Notes under the pieces: model-generated | Told to the model about the DNA's origin: nothing | What the model saw: the letters and a program-made list of their open reading frames with translations, nothing else | The model's database searches: none | Shown: positions 20,287 to 31,105 of the stretch, piece after piece | How the letters are laid out: every line of letters starts with the position of its first letter | Numbering within the stretch: the stretch's first letter is position 1 | Position numbers and translations under genes: made by a program | Origin: a bacterium | Lineage (GTDB): Bacteria > Hinthialibacterota > Hinthialibacteria > Hinthialibacterales > Hinthialibacteraceae | Direction of reading: 5' to 3' | Assembly: GCA_963663405.2 (NCBI GenBank) | Contig: CAXXSM010000042.1 | Span: 1 to 64,000 of the forward strand | DNA length: 64,000 nt

Positions 20287-20315
20287 ACTATAACCATATT
20301 TTCTCGATCTTTCAA
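20287..20315 (-). promoter_or_regulatory. Putative sigma70 promoter
   Basis: TTGAAA-17nt-TATAGT on the minus strand. Confidence 0.55.
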
Positions 20316-20460
20316 GGGAATCCTTTCTAAATTTTAAAGGTACTTTACAGGTAGACGGGCAAAAGGTCGAAGATCGAAAAAATATTCTATACGCTTCAGC
20401 CGAATCAAAAGTCCTGGACACAGTGAAAAAAAAACAGTATTACGATTCAGGAGGAGGGAT

Positions 20461-20650
20461 TTTGAATCACAGATGACATGGATATGGCACGGAGGTCACG
20501 GAGTTTTTTCTGTGAAATCCGTAGTCTTCCGTGCGCTCCGTGGTTCAAACAAATGAAGCGCAGAATCAATGATAACACGTATATAGTATGGGGATCACAG
20601 AGTTCTTTTCCGTGAAATCTGTGGATCTCCGTGCGCTCCGTGATTCAAAC
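20461..20650. repeat. TTGAATCAC-family palindromic repeat plus a second half copy
   Basis: TTTGAATCACAGA...TCCGTGGTTCAAA, and CCGTGCGCTCCGTG(G/A)TTCAAAC occurring twice. Confidence 0.7.
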
Positions 20651-20906
20651 GAGAGGGACATATAGTGATTGTTTTCGCTGATCCCACCATACTGAATCGG
20701 TTTTCAAGTCAACATTATTTTTTATCAGGAGATAGGCGGAAACCTTGCTCGTTTGGGAAAATTTTTATAGGATGGTAAGGATCGAAGGATTGGAATTGTT
20801 TGTTAATTGTATATTTTTTGTGTCAAACAATGATTGACCTAGCGAAATGGAATAAGACTCCATAGAGAAAAAAGAGTGTAACAACAAACAGATAGGAGGT
20901 TGTAGA

Positions 20907-22187
20907 ATGGTGTCATTAAAAGACAAAATGGCTGAATTGATTCCTGGATTGCGGGATGAAATGAAAGGGATGATCACTGAACATGGGGACAAAGTTCTAT
21001 CTGAGGTGACAGTACGTCAAGTATATGGAGGGATGCGAGGCGTACGGGGACTGCTTTGTGACACATCGGCGGTCGAACCAGACAAAGGATTGGTGATTCG
21101 AGGGATTCCTGTCATTGAATTGACTGAAAAACTGCCGGAAGAGATATTTTATCTCCTGCTGACGGGAGAGATGCCGGACGCGGCCGCGCTTGACGATCTG
21201 AAGAATGAATTGACAAAACGCGGCCAAGTGCCCCAATATGTTTGGAACGTTTTGGAAGCCATGCCCGCTGATTCCCATCCGATGGCGATGTTTAATACCG
21301 CCATTTTGGTGATGCAGAAAGAATCGGCCTTCGCACAGGGGTATGCGGAAGGCATGACCAAAATGCAATACTGGGAACCTTCCTTGGAAGACGCTCTGAA
21401 TATCATCGCCAAACTGCCGGCGATCGCGGCGGGCGTCTATCGGCTCCGCTTTAATAAAGGAGCCCGGATTGAAGCCGATCCCAGTCTCGATTGGGGCGCC
21501 AATTACGCCCGGATGCTGGGCTGTGACGATCCTAATGGGGAATTTACGAAACTGATCCAGTTGTATCTCGTTCTCCATTCCGATCATGAAAGCGGCAACG
21601 TCAGCGCCTTCAGCGCGCATACGGTAGCGTCGGCTCTATCCGATCTTTATTACGCGCTGTCCGCCGGGCTGAATGGATTGGCCGGTCCTCTGCATGGGCT
21701 CGCGAATCAGGAATGTCTGCGGTGGGTCTTAATGGTCAAAGATAAATTTGGCGGTGTGCCAACGGACGACCAGTTGCGGGATTTCGCATGGGAAACGCTG
21801 AATAGCGGTCAGGTGGTTCCAGGTTATGGCCATGCGGTACTGCGCGTGACCGATCCACGTTTCGACGCTTTCCTCGCTTTTGGAAAGAAATACTGCATGG
21901 ACGATGTTGTATTCCAGATCGTCGCGAAGGTATTCGATGTTGTACCGGGCGTCTTGAAGCAAGTCAAGAAGATCAATGATCCATGGCCCAATGTTGACGC
22001 AGGTTCCGGCTCGTTGCTATACAAATACGGCTTGACCGAATTCCCCTATTACACAGTTCTGTTCAGCGTCTCGCGCGCGTTGGGGATTTGTTCACAGAAC
22101 ATTCTTTCCCGCGCGTTGGGTCTCGCCATTGTCCGGCCGAAATCCAGCACGACTCAATGGCTCAAGGACAAAGTCGCGACGCTTTAA
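20907..22187 (+). CDS. gltA: Citrate (Si)-synthase, eukaryote-like type
   Basis: YGGMRG, HSDHESGNVSA, GLAGPLHGLANQE, PGYGHAVLR and WPNVDA motifs; GGAGG RBS. Confidence 0.96.
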   Translation: MVSLKDKMAELIPGLRDEMKGMITEHGDKVLSEVTVRQVYGGMRGVRGLLCDTSAVEPDKGLVIRGIPVIELTEKLPEEIFYLLLTGEMPDAAALDDLKNELTKRGQVPQYVWNVLEAMPADSHPMAMFNTAILVMQKESAFAQGYAEGMTKMQYWEPSLEDALNIIAKLPAIAAGVYRLRFNKGARIEADPSLDWGANYARMLGCDDPNGEFTKLIQLYLVLHSDHESGNVSAFSAHTVASALSDLYYALSAGLNGLAGPLHGLANQECLRWVLMVKDKFGGVPTDDQLRDFAWETLNSGQVVPGYGHAVLRVTDPRFDAFLAFGKKYCMDDVVFQIVAKVFDVVPGVLKQVKKINDPWPNVDAGSGSLLYKYGLTEFPYYTVLFSVSRALGICSQNILSRALGLAIVRPKSSTTQWLKDKVATL

Positions 22188-22226
22188 ACGAGTACAAATC
22201 CTCAGTCGTTTTATCCCTAAAATCAA

Positions 22227-22256
22227 GGGGCGGTCAGTCAGCCGCCCCATTTCTTT
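22227..22256. terminator. Terminator between convergent gltA and xth
   Basis: GGGGCGG...CCGCCCC stem followed by a T-rich tail. Confidence 0.6.
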
Positions 22257-22278
22257 ATCTGTTCATTTGATTGATGAA

Positions 22279-23055
22279 TTAAGATATCGTCATCGTTATC
22301 GGGCAATGGTCGGAGCCCATAACATCAGGCAGGATCGTGGCGGCTTTAAGTCGGGGGCGGAGAGCGGGGGAAATACAGAAATAATCAATACGCCAGCCGA
22401 CGTTCTTTTCTCTCGCCTTTCCAAAGTAACTCCACCAGGTGTAATGCCCCCCCTCCTGTGTGAATTCCCGGAATGTGTCGATAAATCCGCTTTGGATGAC
22501 GGCGTCAAACCGCTCGCGCTCTTCGATGGTGAAACCCGCGTTTCGTTCATTCGCTTTTGGATTGGCGATGTCGATTTCTTTATGGGCCACATTAAGATCG
22601 CCGCAGAAAATGACCGGTTTCTTTTTTTCCAATTGTTTGAGGTAATCTAGAAACACCGGATCCCATTCTTTCGTGCGGTAATCAAGTCGGGTCAGTCCTC
22701 TCTGGGAGTTGGGGGTGTAGACGTTGACGAGATGGAATTCTTTAAATTCCAACGTGATGACTCGGCCTTCGTTATCGTGTTTGGGTTGTTCCATACCATA
22801 CGAAACTGAGAGTGGTTCGATTTTCGAAAACACTGCCGTTCCTGAATAGCCTTTCTTTTCCGCTGCATTCCAATAGACGTGATAGCCGGGAAGCGAAAGG
22901 TCCACTTGCTCCGGCAAGGCCCGCATTTCCTGAAGACAGAGAATATCGGGATTGGTTTCTTGGGCGAAGGTCATAAAACCTTTTTTTAACACGGCCCTGA
23001 TACCGTTTACATTCCACGAGATCATTGTCAATTCATTGTTTTTCTTTGCGCTCAT
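22279..23055 (-). CDS. xth: Exodeoxyribonuclease III / AP endonuclease
   Basis: [27 protein letters not shown] and GSDHCP motifs. Start at 23055 or 23082. Confidence 0.96.
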   Translation of the reverse strand: MSAKKNNELTMISWNVNGIRAVLKKGFMTFAQETNPDILCLQEMRALPEQVDLSLPGYHVYWNAAEKKGYSGTAVFSKIEPLSVSYGMEQPKHDNEGRVITLEFKEFHLVNVYTPNSQRGLTRLDYRTKEWDPVFLDYLKQLEKKKPVIFCGDLNVAHKEIDIANPKANERNAGFTIEERERFDAVIQSGFIDTFREFTQEGGHYTWWSYFGKAREKNVGWRIDYFCISPALRPRLKAATILPDVMGSDHCPITMTIS

Positions 23056-23894
23056 TCGCGCCCTCCTATCGATACCATTCAAATGTGGGATGCAATCAAC
23101 AAATTCCCATCTGCGTGAAAAAAAAAAGCGAAATCAGCAGAGGGATTGAAAGCCAACCGGGAAGTCCCGCTGAATTCACATCATACCATTCTAAAGAGAG
23201 GAAAGCAGCCCATCCAGTTCGACGCGCGATGAATACGCTCACTTGACATGTCGATGAAACGGGGCGTCTTATCAATGCAGTGGATTTCTTTATCGCATAA
23301 CACAGGATGATGATTCGCACAGGTTTTCCTCCCTCCTTTCCCTTCAATCCACTAAACAGATACGATTTTTTCCACATTGATAGCTGAATTGATCCAAAAA
23401 GCTCTAATCGAATGATTAATGTAAACTTATGTATGATAAATAAAGAATAATTTCGTTCTATTTTGAAAAATATTGATTCTAATAAAATTATGTTGTTCAA
23501 ATATATTTATAATGCTTAATATATCATTTCTATCTGTTTGATATTGATTAAAATTCCATATTTTTTCATTTTTATTATTGACAGATATCCAATATTGTGC
23601 TATTAATGGTTGCAGGATTAATTGGAGTCTTTTTTTTGTGTTACTCATCATGTAACATGGAATGAAAACAATTGATCGACTTCACGCTTGAATCTCCTTC
23701 TTGGATTTCTCCATCCATACGGTAAAGCCGATTTTTATAGTAATCCTCTCAGTTCGGTTCTTTGAGCAATCTATAAGGCGTATTTATACAAGAAAAATTT
23801 ACTAAGTATCTAGTATTTATTGACTTATCATGGATCGGATCTGGCGGGATCGCGATGATCTGCAATACGCCGCTCCAATTAGGCGCGGTGGAAA

Positions 23895-26110
23895 ATGGAT
23901 CGCAATCGAGCCCTTAAATTGGCCGCGCGTCCCAAATTTCATCGTTGTAAAGTGGCGAAATATCTTCTCACTATATTTGCTTTTTTCGCTTTCACCATTC
24001 CTGCTTTGGGATAGGAAAAACTCATTGTAGAAATTGCTGACTTTATCACAAATCGTGATACTGTGGAATGGGTTAACTTGGAGGAAAACACGATTGCTTT
24101 GGAAGGATTGGATACCGACCGCGAAACCGTCAATCTGCGAGAAACGTGGATCAATTCCGGCAACTCCGATGTGGGGGAAATTAACGTGGAAGCCTTAACC
24201 CTGCGCGCCAAACCGACCACCGCCGATCGCGAATACGGTATCCTGGGCCGCAAGATCATGAATCTTCCCGCCAAGCGCTACATTCAATTTCAAGGCGGTC
24301 TGCAGGCGCTCGCTGGACGAGCTAAAGGGGCGAACCTGTCGCTGGACGTAGAAACCCGCGACAAGGACGGACAATGGGTGGAAGCCCGCTCGTTTCTCGC
24401 CAAGCGCATATTGGTCGACGGCGAGGACCAGGGATCGCGTTGCCTCGTACTCAACCTAAGCGAATGGGCGGGGCAGGAAGTGCGCCTTTCGCTCGCCTTG
24501 CGCGTCAAGCCCTCCTACTCCAACATCGGTGGACGCGAGGAATGGACTCCCTCCGAAATCTCCGCCCAATGGTTCATGGCGCGGATTGTCAGCAGTCCGT
24601 TTCGCGTGATCGTGGGTGAACCGGAAAAAATATCGTTATCGGATTCCACACCCGCGCGCGGGAATTCACTGCAATCAATCTCTCCCGCCAACCCACTGCC
24701 GAATTCCTTAATTAAAGCGTCCACCATCGTCTCGACAACGAGTAGTAAAGAGGCCGTGTTATTCGGCGGCGCCACGCAAGAGGGCTATGTAATGAATCCC
24801 TCCGATACCGAGATTGCTACTACCTTTATCCCAGAAGCGGGTGGCTATCCTGGTCGTGCCGTGTGCTATTTCACTAGCAGTGTAGCCGCCACATACCAAC
24901 CTCATGGCGCTTCACATGGCGTACATTCACCAGAAAGTGAATTTGGCGCCAGTTCACGATTGATCGACTTTGCCAGCAACACATCGAAAAACATGTACAA
25001 CGCCACCGTTTCCGAGATTCGCAATGCAATGATTAAATATGCCACCGGTGCGTCGTGGGTGGCTTTACAACCCAGTGGGATTGCCTCGCGCGATTTTGAC
25101 GACCATTATGTGGGCATCACATCGATTATTTCCTCCACACTTGACGAGCCCATTGATAAACCAGTTATTCATGCCTTTTTTTATGCGGAAGATCACTTTA
25201 AGAACGATCAGGGGACTAGTGACGATCATAATTATATAACTATCGGTGATGATGACTTTTCATCAACCTACGGTCGTATCGCTTACGCACGTTCCATAGT
25301 CGACACTCATGATTATGGCCGTCAATTTTCAAAAATATACCATGATAATAGCGTGTATCCCATCATTACCGATGCCGCCGCCGCGGATGAAAGTATCATC
25401 TCGGTTTCCATGAATACAGGATCCAATGGTGTTGGCGGCGCATCAGTATACCCAATTGGCGACTATTACTACATGATCTATCACACACAAGTCCTCACAC
25501 GAAATGCTGCAGGTGAATTTCTTGTCGATGAGAATGGTTTATATAAAAAAGTACCAATTTTATGCGCGGCTCGCGCGTCAAAAAGTGCTGTCAATAATCC
25601 CTATTACGCGACTCAGCCCAATCCCTGGAAAAAGTTTAAGGAAGTTGTATCTCCTGCAACTGCTGCTGCCAATTTTATACAAGATGGAGTGGGTGGCGAA
25701 TATAGTGGATTGTGGAACGTTTATAAAGATGATAATAATCATCGTACCGCTAAACGACTCCATGCGCGCAACTGGCGTACCTATCCCAAAGTTAGTTACA
25801 ACGAATACATAAACAGTGTCTACCCCGACCATCAAGGGATACTTATATGTAATGGTGGATTTTCTAAGGACTTTGCTGGTGTCTGGATTCACACCAGTTC
25901 AGACCTTTTCGATTGGGATGGTGGGCTCTTAGTTTTTTTTGATGATGATGAATTAGTAGTAGAAAAAGAAGAATGGGTCTACCCCACTCTTGTGGGTAGT
26001 ACTGGTTACGATGGGGTATACAACACAAACGAATAAGTTGTATCTGTTTCACAATCGTGGGGGAGGTAACGGCGATCTCTATCGCTTCACGTTGACGTTC
26101 TTCGGACTAA
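23895..26110 (+). pseudogene. Large secreted hypothetical protein, possibly with a C-terminal five-bladed propeller; in-frame TAG at 24012 and frameshift near 26025
   Basis: ATG 23895 encodes a signal peptide (...KYLLTIFAFFAFTIPALG), then TAG, then continues in frame into the 657-aa ORF 24063-26036. The tail (KLYLFHN...LYRFTL) is in another frame, so the end is approximate. Confidence 0.6.
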
Positions 26111-26128
26111 AACGACGGCGCAATCAAC

Positions 26129-26153
26129 CCAGGGCGCGAATATGCGCCCTGGG
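26129..26153. repeat. Hairpin spacer preceding the cassette genes
   Basis: CCAGGGCGC-GAATAT-GCGCCCTGG. Near copy at 28295-28317, degenerate at about 27211-27240, truncated at 29377-29388. Confidence 0.7.
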
Positions 26154-26176
26154 TTGTTTTAGGAAAGGAAAAATAG

Positions 26177-27199
26177 ATGTTTAAATCCATAAGCATTGCC
26201 TCAATCTTCTTTGCATTTCTTTCTATTGATATCCATGCGCAAATTGTTAAACAACCGGTCATGGTTCAATCCCTTCCCTCCATTGCAATTTCCCAAAATG
26301 CCTGGATATGCTGACGACCAAGTTGATTATGCCATATATTTCCTCGTTCCAAAACCAGATCACAATTTACAGATAATTTATTATAACGTAGCAAATGAAC
26401 CATGTTATCCATACCCGACATACTATACGATTCTTCATACAAATATAATGACATGGGATGCTATTCATGCGAAGACATTGGATACGGAATTAATAAATGG
26501 AAATCAGTTTCCTGTTAATAATCTTATTCACGACGCGAGTTCTGTTATATCCAATGGAAAGCAAATCATATTACAAGATAGTCATTTCCCTACAAAAGAG
26601 ACTGGAGAAGGTGAAGAGGATTTTCTACGGATATTACTTAAAAGAAGTTTTTTTATCCCCCAGTGGCGTACGAATTGGGGGATTTATTAAATACTTTAAA
26701 TATCGAGTGGGTGATTTGATCGTGGGTTTGTGGAATGCCGAAGATGGACAAATTATCTTTCGTGAATTTTCCCCAGAGGAACAAGGAATTTTCCAAAGTG
26801 AACCATACCAAAGTCCAAATGTAGAACCAAAACCAATCGAAATGTGGTTTTCCAAAAGACGACCGTTTCTTTCTCGCACGAGATTTTAATGATTTCTATC
26901 GCGGCCGAGCTTTGCCTAGAGCGCGTCTCCTCGACATAAAATTTCTTACCCTATGGGAGGCTGATCGTGACGTTGCCTTCAGTTCCGACATGCGCTACCT
27001 GGTTACTGAGCGAGAAGGATTACCTTCGCTGGTGAATATCGAATCCAATACCATCCTCCACCAATACCAAATTGAATACCCCATGACCACCTGCTGCTTC
27101 TCCACTGACGACAACCAGGTCTATATCGCCACTATGAACACACTCTACATCTTCGATAGCGGCCTGCAATCAACAGCGCCGTGCTGGGAGGTGTATTGA
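26177..27199 (+). pseudogene. Secreted beta-propeller-like cassette protein 1 (about 3 frameshifts; pseudogene or assembly errors)
   Basis: MFKSISIASI... N-terminus like gene 28342. Pieces lie in ORFs 26196-26690, 26497-26889 and 26912-27199. Ends FDSGLQSTAPCWEVY. Confidence 0.75.
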
Positions 27200-27262
27200 A
27201 TGAATGCACTATTCATACAGATCACAGAATAGCGCCCTTGGTGGATTGTAAAGGACTGCATT

Positions 27263-28276
27263 ATGTTAAAAAACATAGACTATACCATCTACTTATTGCT
27301 AATGCTCTCAATTGATACTCATGCGCAAACCATTAAGCAACCAACATTGGTTCAAACTCTTCCCGTACCGGAATACCTAGAATTTGATTCTATTAACCAA
27401 CACTATGGTATTTACTTTCTTAAAGTTCAGGATGAGAATAGTATAGAATTAACAAGTATTATTTCTGAAATCCTATTATATATTCCATTGACATTTTATT
27501 ATTTTAGTTTTATAGCTTATATTGAGGAAACTTGGGATATGAATCAACAAGAATATGCAGAAATATTATATCGTGGCGGACGTATACCTGTAAGCAGCAT
27601 CGTTCACGACGCAAGTTCTGTTACACTCAACGGAAAGCAAATAATATTAGAAGACAGTTATTTACCATTTATCGTTGTCAATGAAGGAGGGTATGGATTC
27701 TCTCTCCAATCCGTCGAATTATCTCCTTCACAAAAATATGTCGGAGGGATAATTATGTATTGTGATGATTATTTGTATGGTACAATATTGTCATTATGGG
27801 ATGCAAATACAGGTGATACAATCTATAGAGAATATCCAACGGAACCGTTTCTTTACCGGAGTGATTTCAATTGGATTTATAATTTTAATTTCTTACCTGA
27901 AGTAATCGATTTACACTTCACTCCAGATGAAAAATATTTGATAACACGAGAATTTTGGGAGTTTCACCGTGGCGGTAATACGCCAGTAGCAAGAGCAAGA
28001 ATGCTTGATTTAAAGAAATGGGAGTTTATAACTGTTGACCGGGTCGTCGCCTTCAGTTCCGACATGCGTTACATGGTAACTGAACGCGATGGATTGCCTT
28101 CGCTGGTGGAACTCGAATCCGATACAATCATTCACCAATACCAAGTTGAATACGCCATGACCGCCTGCTGCCTCTCCCCTGATGATAGCCAAGTCTATAT
28201 CACCACTATCATAAACGAACTCCACATCTTCGATAGCGGCCTGCAATCAACAGCGCCGTGCTGGGAGGTGTATTGA
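27263..28276 (+). CDS. Secreted beta-propeller-like cassette protein 2
   Basis: Signal peptide ending THAQ. LSPSQKYVGG, LWDANTG, FTPDEKY and AFSSD blades. Ends FDSGLQSTAPCWEVY. Confidence 0.85.
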   Translation: MLKNIDYTIYLLLMLSIDTHAQTIKQPTLVQTLPVPEYLEFDSINQHYGIYFLKVQDENSIELTSIISEILLYIPLTFYYFSFIAYIEETWDMNQQEYAEILYRGGRIPVSSIVHDASSVTLNGKQIILEDSYLPFIVVNEGGYGFSLQSVELSPSQKYVGGIIMYCDDYLYGTILSLWDANTGDTIYREYPTEPFLYRSDFNWIYNFNFLPEVIDLHFTPDEKYLITREFWEFHRGGNTPVARARMLDLKKWEFITVDRVVAFSSDMRYMVTERDGLPSLVELESDTIIHQYQVEYAMTACCLSPDDSQVYITTIINELHIFDSGLQSTAPCWEVY

Positions 28277-28341
28277 ACGAACATACAATCCATTCAGGGC
28301 GTAAATATGCGCCCTGGATTGTTGTCAGCAAGGAAAAAATT

Positions 28342-29364
28342 ATGTTTAAATCCATAAGTATTGCATCTATATTATTGGTATTTCTTTCTATTGCTATCCA
28401 TGCGCAAATTGTTAAGCAACCGAGTATGATTCAAACTCTGCCAACTCCGGAATTCCCCGATCCCGATCCATTCAACGATCTGATTTCAGCATTTTTCATC
28501 CAATCCACCAACAACAATTTGATCCAACTTCATTATTTTCGAATGTGGGTGGAGCCCGATATACCAGGTATACCATTTGGAACTATCGATCTGCTTCATT
28601 ACAGAGTAGCTACATGGAATATGGAAACAGAAGAAGTAATTGATTTTAGCGAAGGCGATAGAGATAAATTTTTTGAAGAGAATAGCATCGAACATAATGG
28701 TAATTCCGTTGTCATTGATGAGCGTCAGCTCGTTTTGGAAGACTCGCAGACAACATATTTTTACAACACTGACGAGTATTTGGAATATCATTTAGACAAG
28801 GCATATCTATCTCCAAATGAGCAGCGGATCGGTGGATTAGTTCTTTATTCAATTGCTTCTCCAGAAGATCTTGAAAATGAATGGTTCATAATGGCTCTTT
28901 GGGATTCAATTACGGGAAAAACGTTATATCGTGAAATTCCTTCTTCTCCCGGCTACGTCCCCAGTGATGGTCCGAGATTAAGTATTCATCCTCTCTCACT
29001 GGAATTAAATTTTTCTCCTGACGGTCGATTTTATTTTTTCCGTCAAGGCTTTTTCGAAAATCCTTGGGGTATCCTTCCTAGTTTAAAACTCCTCGACACG
29101 AAAACCCTGACCCTATGGGAGGCTGACCGCGACGTCGCCTTCAGTTCCGACATGCGCTACCTAGTAACCGAGCGAGAAGGATTACCTTCGCTGGTGGATA
29201 TCGAATCCAATACCATCATTCACCAATATCAAGTCGAATCCCCCATGTCCGCCTGCTGCTTCTCCCAAGACGACAGTCAGGTCTACATCGCCACTGCTTT
29301 AAACAAACTCTACATCTTCGAAAGCGGCCTGCAATCATCAGCGCCGTGCTGGGAGGTGTATTGA
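28342..29364 (+). CDS. Secreted beta-propeller-like cassette protein 3
   Basis: AAGGA RBS, signal peptide ending IHAQ. LSPNEQRIGG, LWDSITG and FSPDGRF blades. Ends FESGLQSSAPCWEVY. Confidence 0.85.
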   Translation: MFKSISIASILLVFLSIAIHAQIVKQPSMIQTLPTPEFPDPDPFNDLISAFFIQSTNNNLIQLHYFRMWVEPDIPGIPFGTIDLLHYRVATWNMETEEVIDFSEGDRDKFFEENSIEHNGNSVVIDERQLVLEDSQTTYFYNTDEYLEYHLDKAYLSPNEQRIGGLVLYSIASPEDLENEWFIMALWDSITGKTLYREIPSSPGYVPSDGPRLSIHPLSLELNFSPDGRFYFFRQGFFENPWGILPSLKLLDTKTLTLWEADRDVAFSSDMRYLVTEREGLPSLVDIESNTIIHQYQVESPMSACCFSQDDSQVYIATALNKLYIFESGLQSSAPCWEVY

Positions 29365-29396
29365 ACGAATGCGCAATCCATTCAGGGTAGTATTTT

Positions 29397-29470
29397 TCAT
29401 TGTCTGAACCATGATTTACTTGATTCGCTTGATTTTCAAGATTAAAATTAAGGTAATCGTATAATCCTTT
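29397..29470. repeat. TGTCTGAACC-family intergenic repeat, truncated copy
   Basis: Near-identical to the complete palindromic copy at 46656-46741. Confidence 0.75.
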
Positions 29471-29769
29471 TAAGACAGCGCCAGTAACGACAACACTGCG
29501 CGGTGGCGGCTTTTAGCTGGCTTTTTAATTATGGTTCAAACGATTAAGCCATCCTTAACAAAGACCGCAATTTACCACAATGATTTTTTTGTACTCAATT
29601 ATCAGATTAACCTAATTTTCCAGCATTCAATCTATCCTGAAATAGTTGGGTTTCTTGACATACTGGTTCTCATTTTATACAGTGGTATTCAGTTAAATAA
29701 AAAGAGAATCAATCCCTTATTTTATATCGACGCTTCATTCATCGATCGCCATGGAAAGGATGAGTACTA

Positions 29770-30999
29770 ATGAATAAAACAAACGAAGTCAATCGAAGAC
29801 GATTCCTGGAACGATCCGCGCTGGGCGTGGCTACGGTGGCGCCGGCGGTGTTATCCAGAAAGGTGTTGGGGGCGAACGATCGAATCACGATGGGATTGAT
29901 CGGCGCGGGGGGACGCGGACGCAACGTTATGCGCGATCTACTTAAACAGGGTGCGGAATTCATCGCCATCAGTGAGATCTTTCAACCCGCAGCAGAACGG
30001 ACATTGGATATTTTGGATGATGGCGTCAAGAACCATCACAATTACCGCGCGCTGCTGGAACGGAAGGATATCGACGCGGTTCTCATCGCGACGCCGGAAC
30101 ATCAGCACTGCTCCCAATTGATCGACGCCGTGCAGGCGGGGAAAGATGTCTACTGTGAAAAGCCGATGTCCAACACGATTGAAGAAGGCTATCGGACGGT
30201 ACAGAAAGTACGGGAGACGGACCGCATTGTTCAGATCGGTATGCAGCGCCGGAGTTCCCCCACCGTGATGAAGACGAAAAAACTGATCGAAGATGGAACC
30301 ATCGGACAGATTTACATGGTCAAAGCGTGGTGGAACTGGAGCCTATCCCATCCGCTGGACAACTCGCCGTTGGACCACGATCTCGATTGGGAAGCGTTCT
30401 GTTTCCCCAAACGGAATGTGCGATTCGAACCGATGAAATACCGGGAATGGCGTTATTTCTGGCCCTTCTCCGGCGGTAATTGCACAGATCAGGGAACGCA
30501 TTTGATGGATGTCGTTCAATGGTTCATGAACAGCGATCCCCCCAAATCCGCTGAATGTTTTGGAAACGTGTTTGAAATGACCGGCGCTGAAACGCCCGAT
30601 TTATTCACAGCCGTCTATGATTATGGATCGTTCATGGCGTCCTGGGCGCTCAATTACACCAACAAATATCAGAGCGGATGGATGATTCAGTTCCAAGGCC
30701 GTAAAGGAACGATCATGATCAGCGATTCCGGAACGAAGGTCTATTTGGATCCCTGGGATGAAGGTATGCCTTTGGATTATTCGATGACTTACGAAACGGA
30801 ACCATCAATGGTCATCGAAGGTGGAATCCCCACCGATCCACATACCCAGAATTTCCTGGATTGCGTCAAATCCCGCAAAGAACCGAACGCCACGGTTGAA
30901 GTCGGCCACTCGGCGGTGTGTGGACCGCATTTGGCGAATGTGGCGTGGCATAAAAAGGAACGGGCTTATATGCGGAGCGATTTGTCCGGATCGTATTGA
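29770..30999 (+). CDS. Gfo/Idh/MocA family oxidoreductase, Tat-exported
   Basis: NRRRFL Tat motif, GLIGAGGRG, IATPEHQH and YCEKP. Confidence 0.93.
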   Translation: MNKTNEVNRRRFLERSALGVATVAPAVLSRKVLGANDRITMGLIGAGGRGRNVMRDLLKQGAEFIAISEIFQPAAERTLDILDDGVKNHHNYRALLERKDIDAVLIATPEHQHCSQLIDAVQAGKDVYCEKPMSNTIEEGYRTVQKVRETDRIVQIGMQRRSSPTVMKTKKLIEDGTIGQIYMVKAWWNWSLSHPLDNSPLDHDLDWEAFCFPKRNVRFEPMKYREWRYFWPFSGGNCTDQGTHLMDVVQWFMNSDPPKSAECFGNVFEMTGAETPDLFTAVYDYGSFMASWALNYTNKYQSGWMIQFQGRKGTIMISDSGTKVYLDPWDEGMPLDYSMTYETEPSMVIEGGIPTDPHTQNFLDCVKSRKEPNATVEVGHSAVCGPHLANVAWHKKERAYMRSDLSGSY

Positions 31000-31041
31000 T
31001 ATTTCATGGGCGGGAATGCGAGCGCGAGTGTTTATTTTTTT

Positions 31042-31099
31042 CACGGGCGGGGACGCCCGCGTTCCATTGATTCACGGGTGGGGACACCCGCGCTCCATT
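31042..31099. repeat. Two tandem REP-like hairpins
   Basis: CACGGGCGGGGACGCCCGCGTTCCATT and CACGGGTGGGGACACCCGCGCTCCATT, with a compensatory stem change. Degenerate third copy at 31005-31026. Confidence 0.8.
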
Positions 31100-31105
31100 A
31101 GCTTT

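Noticed and set aside
23096-23651. AT-rich minus-strand ORFs (134 and 74 aa) and a possible riboswitch upstream of xth
   Set aside because: No recognisable motifs or RBS, and no match to riboswitch consensus I know. Possibly a decayed foreign remnant.
26120-29390. Integron cassette array
   Set aside because: Spacers lack recognisable RYYYAAC...GTTRRRY attC ends and no integrase is present. All cassettes are paralogs.
29531-29770. 79-aa ORF upstream of the Gfo/Idh/MocA gene
   Set aside because: AT-rich promoter-like region with no RBS or motif, likely spurious.
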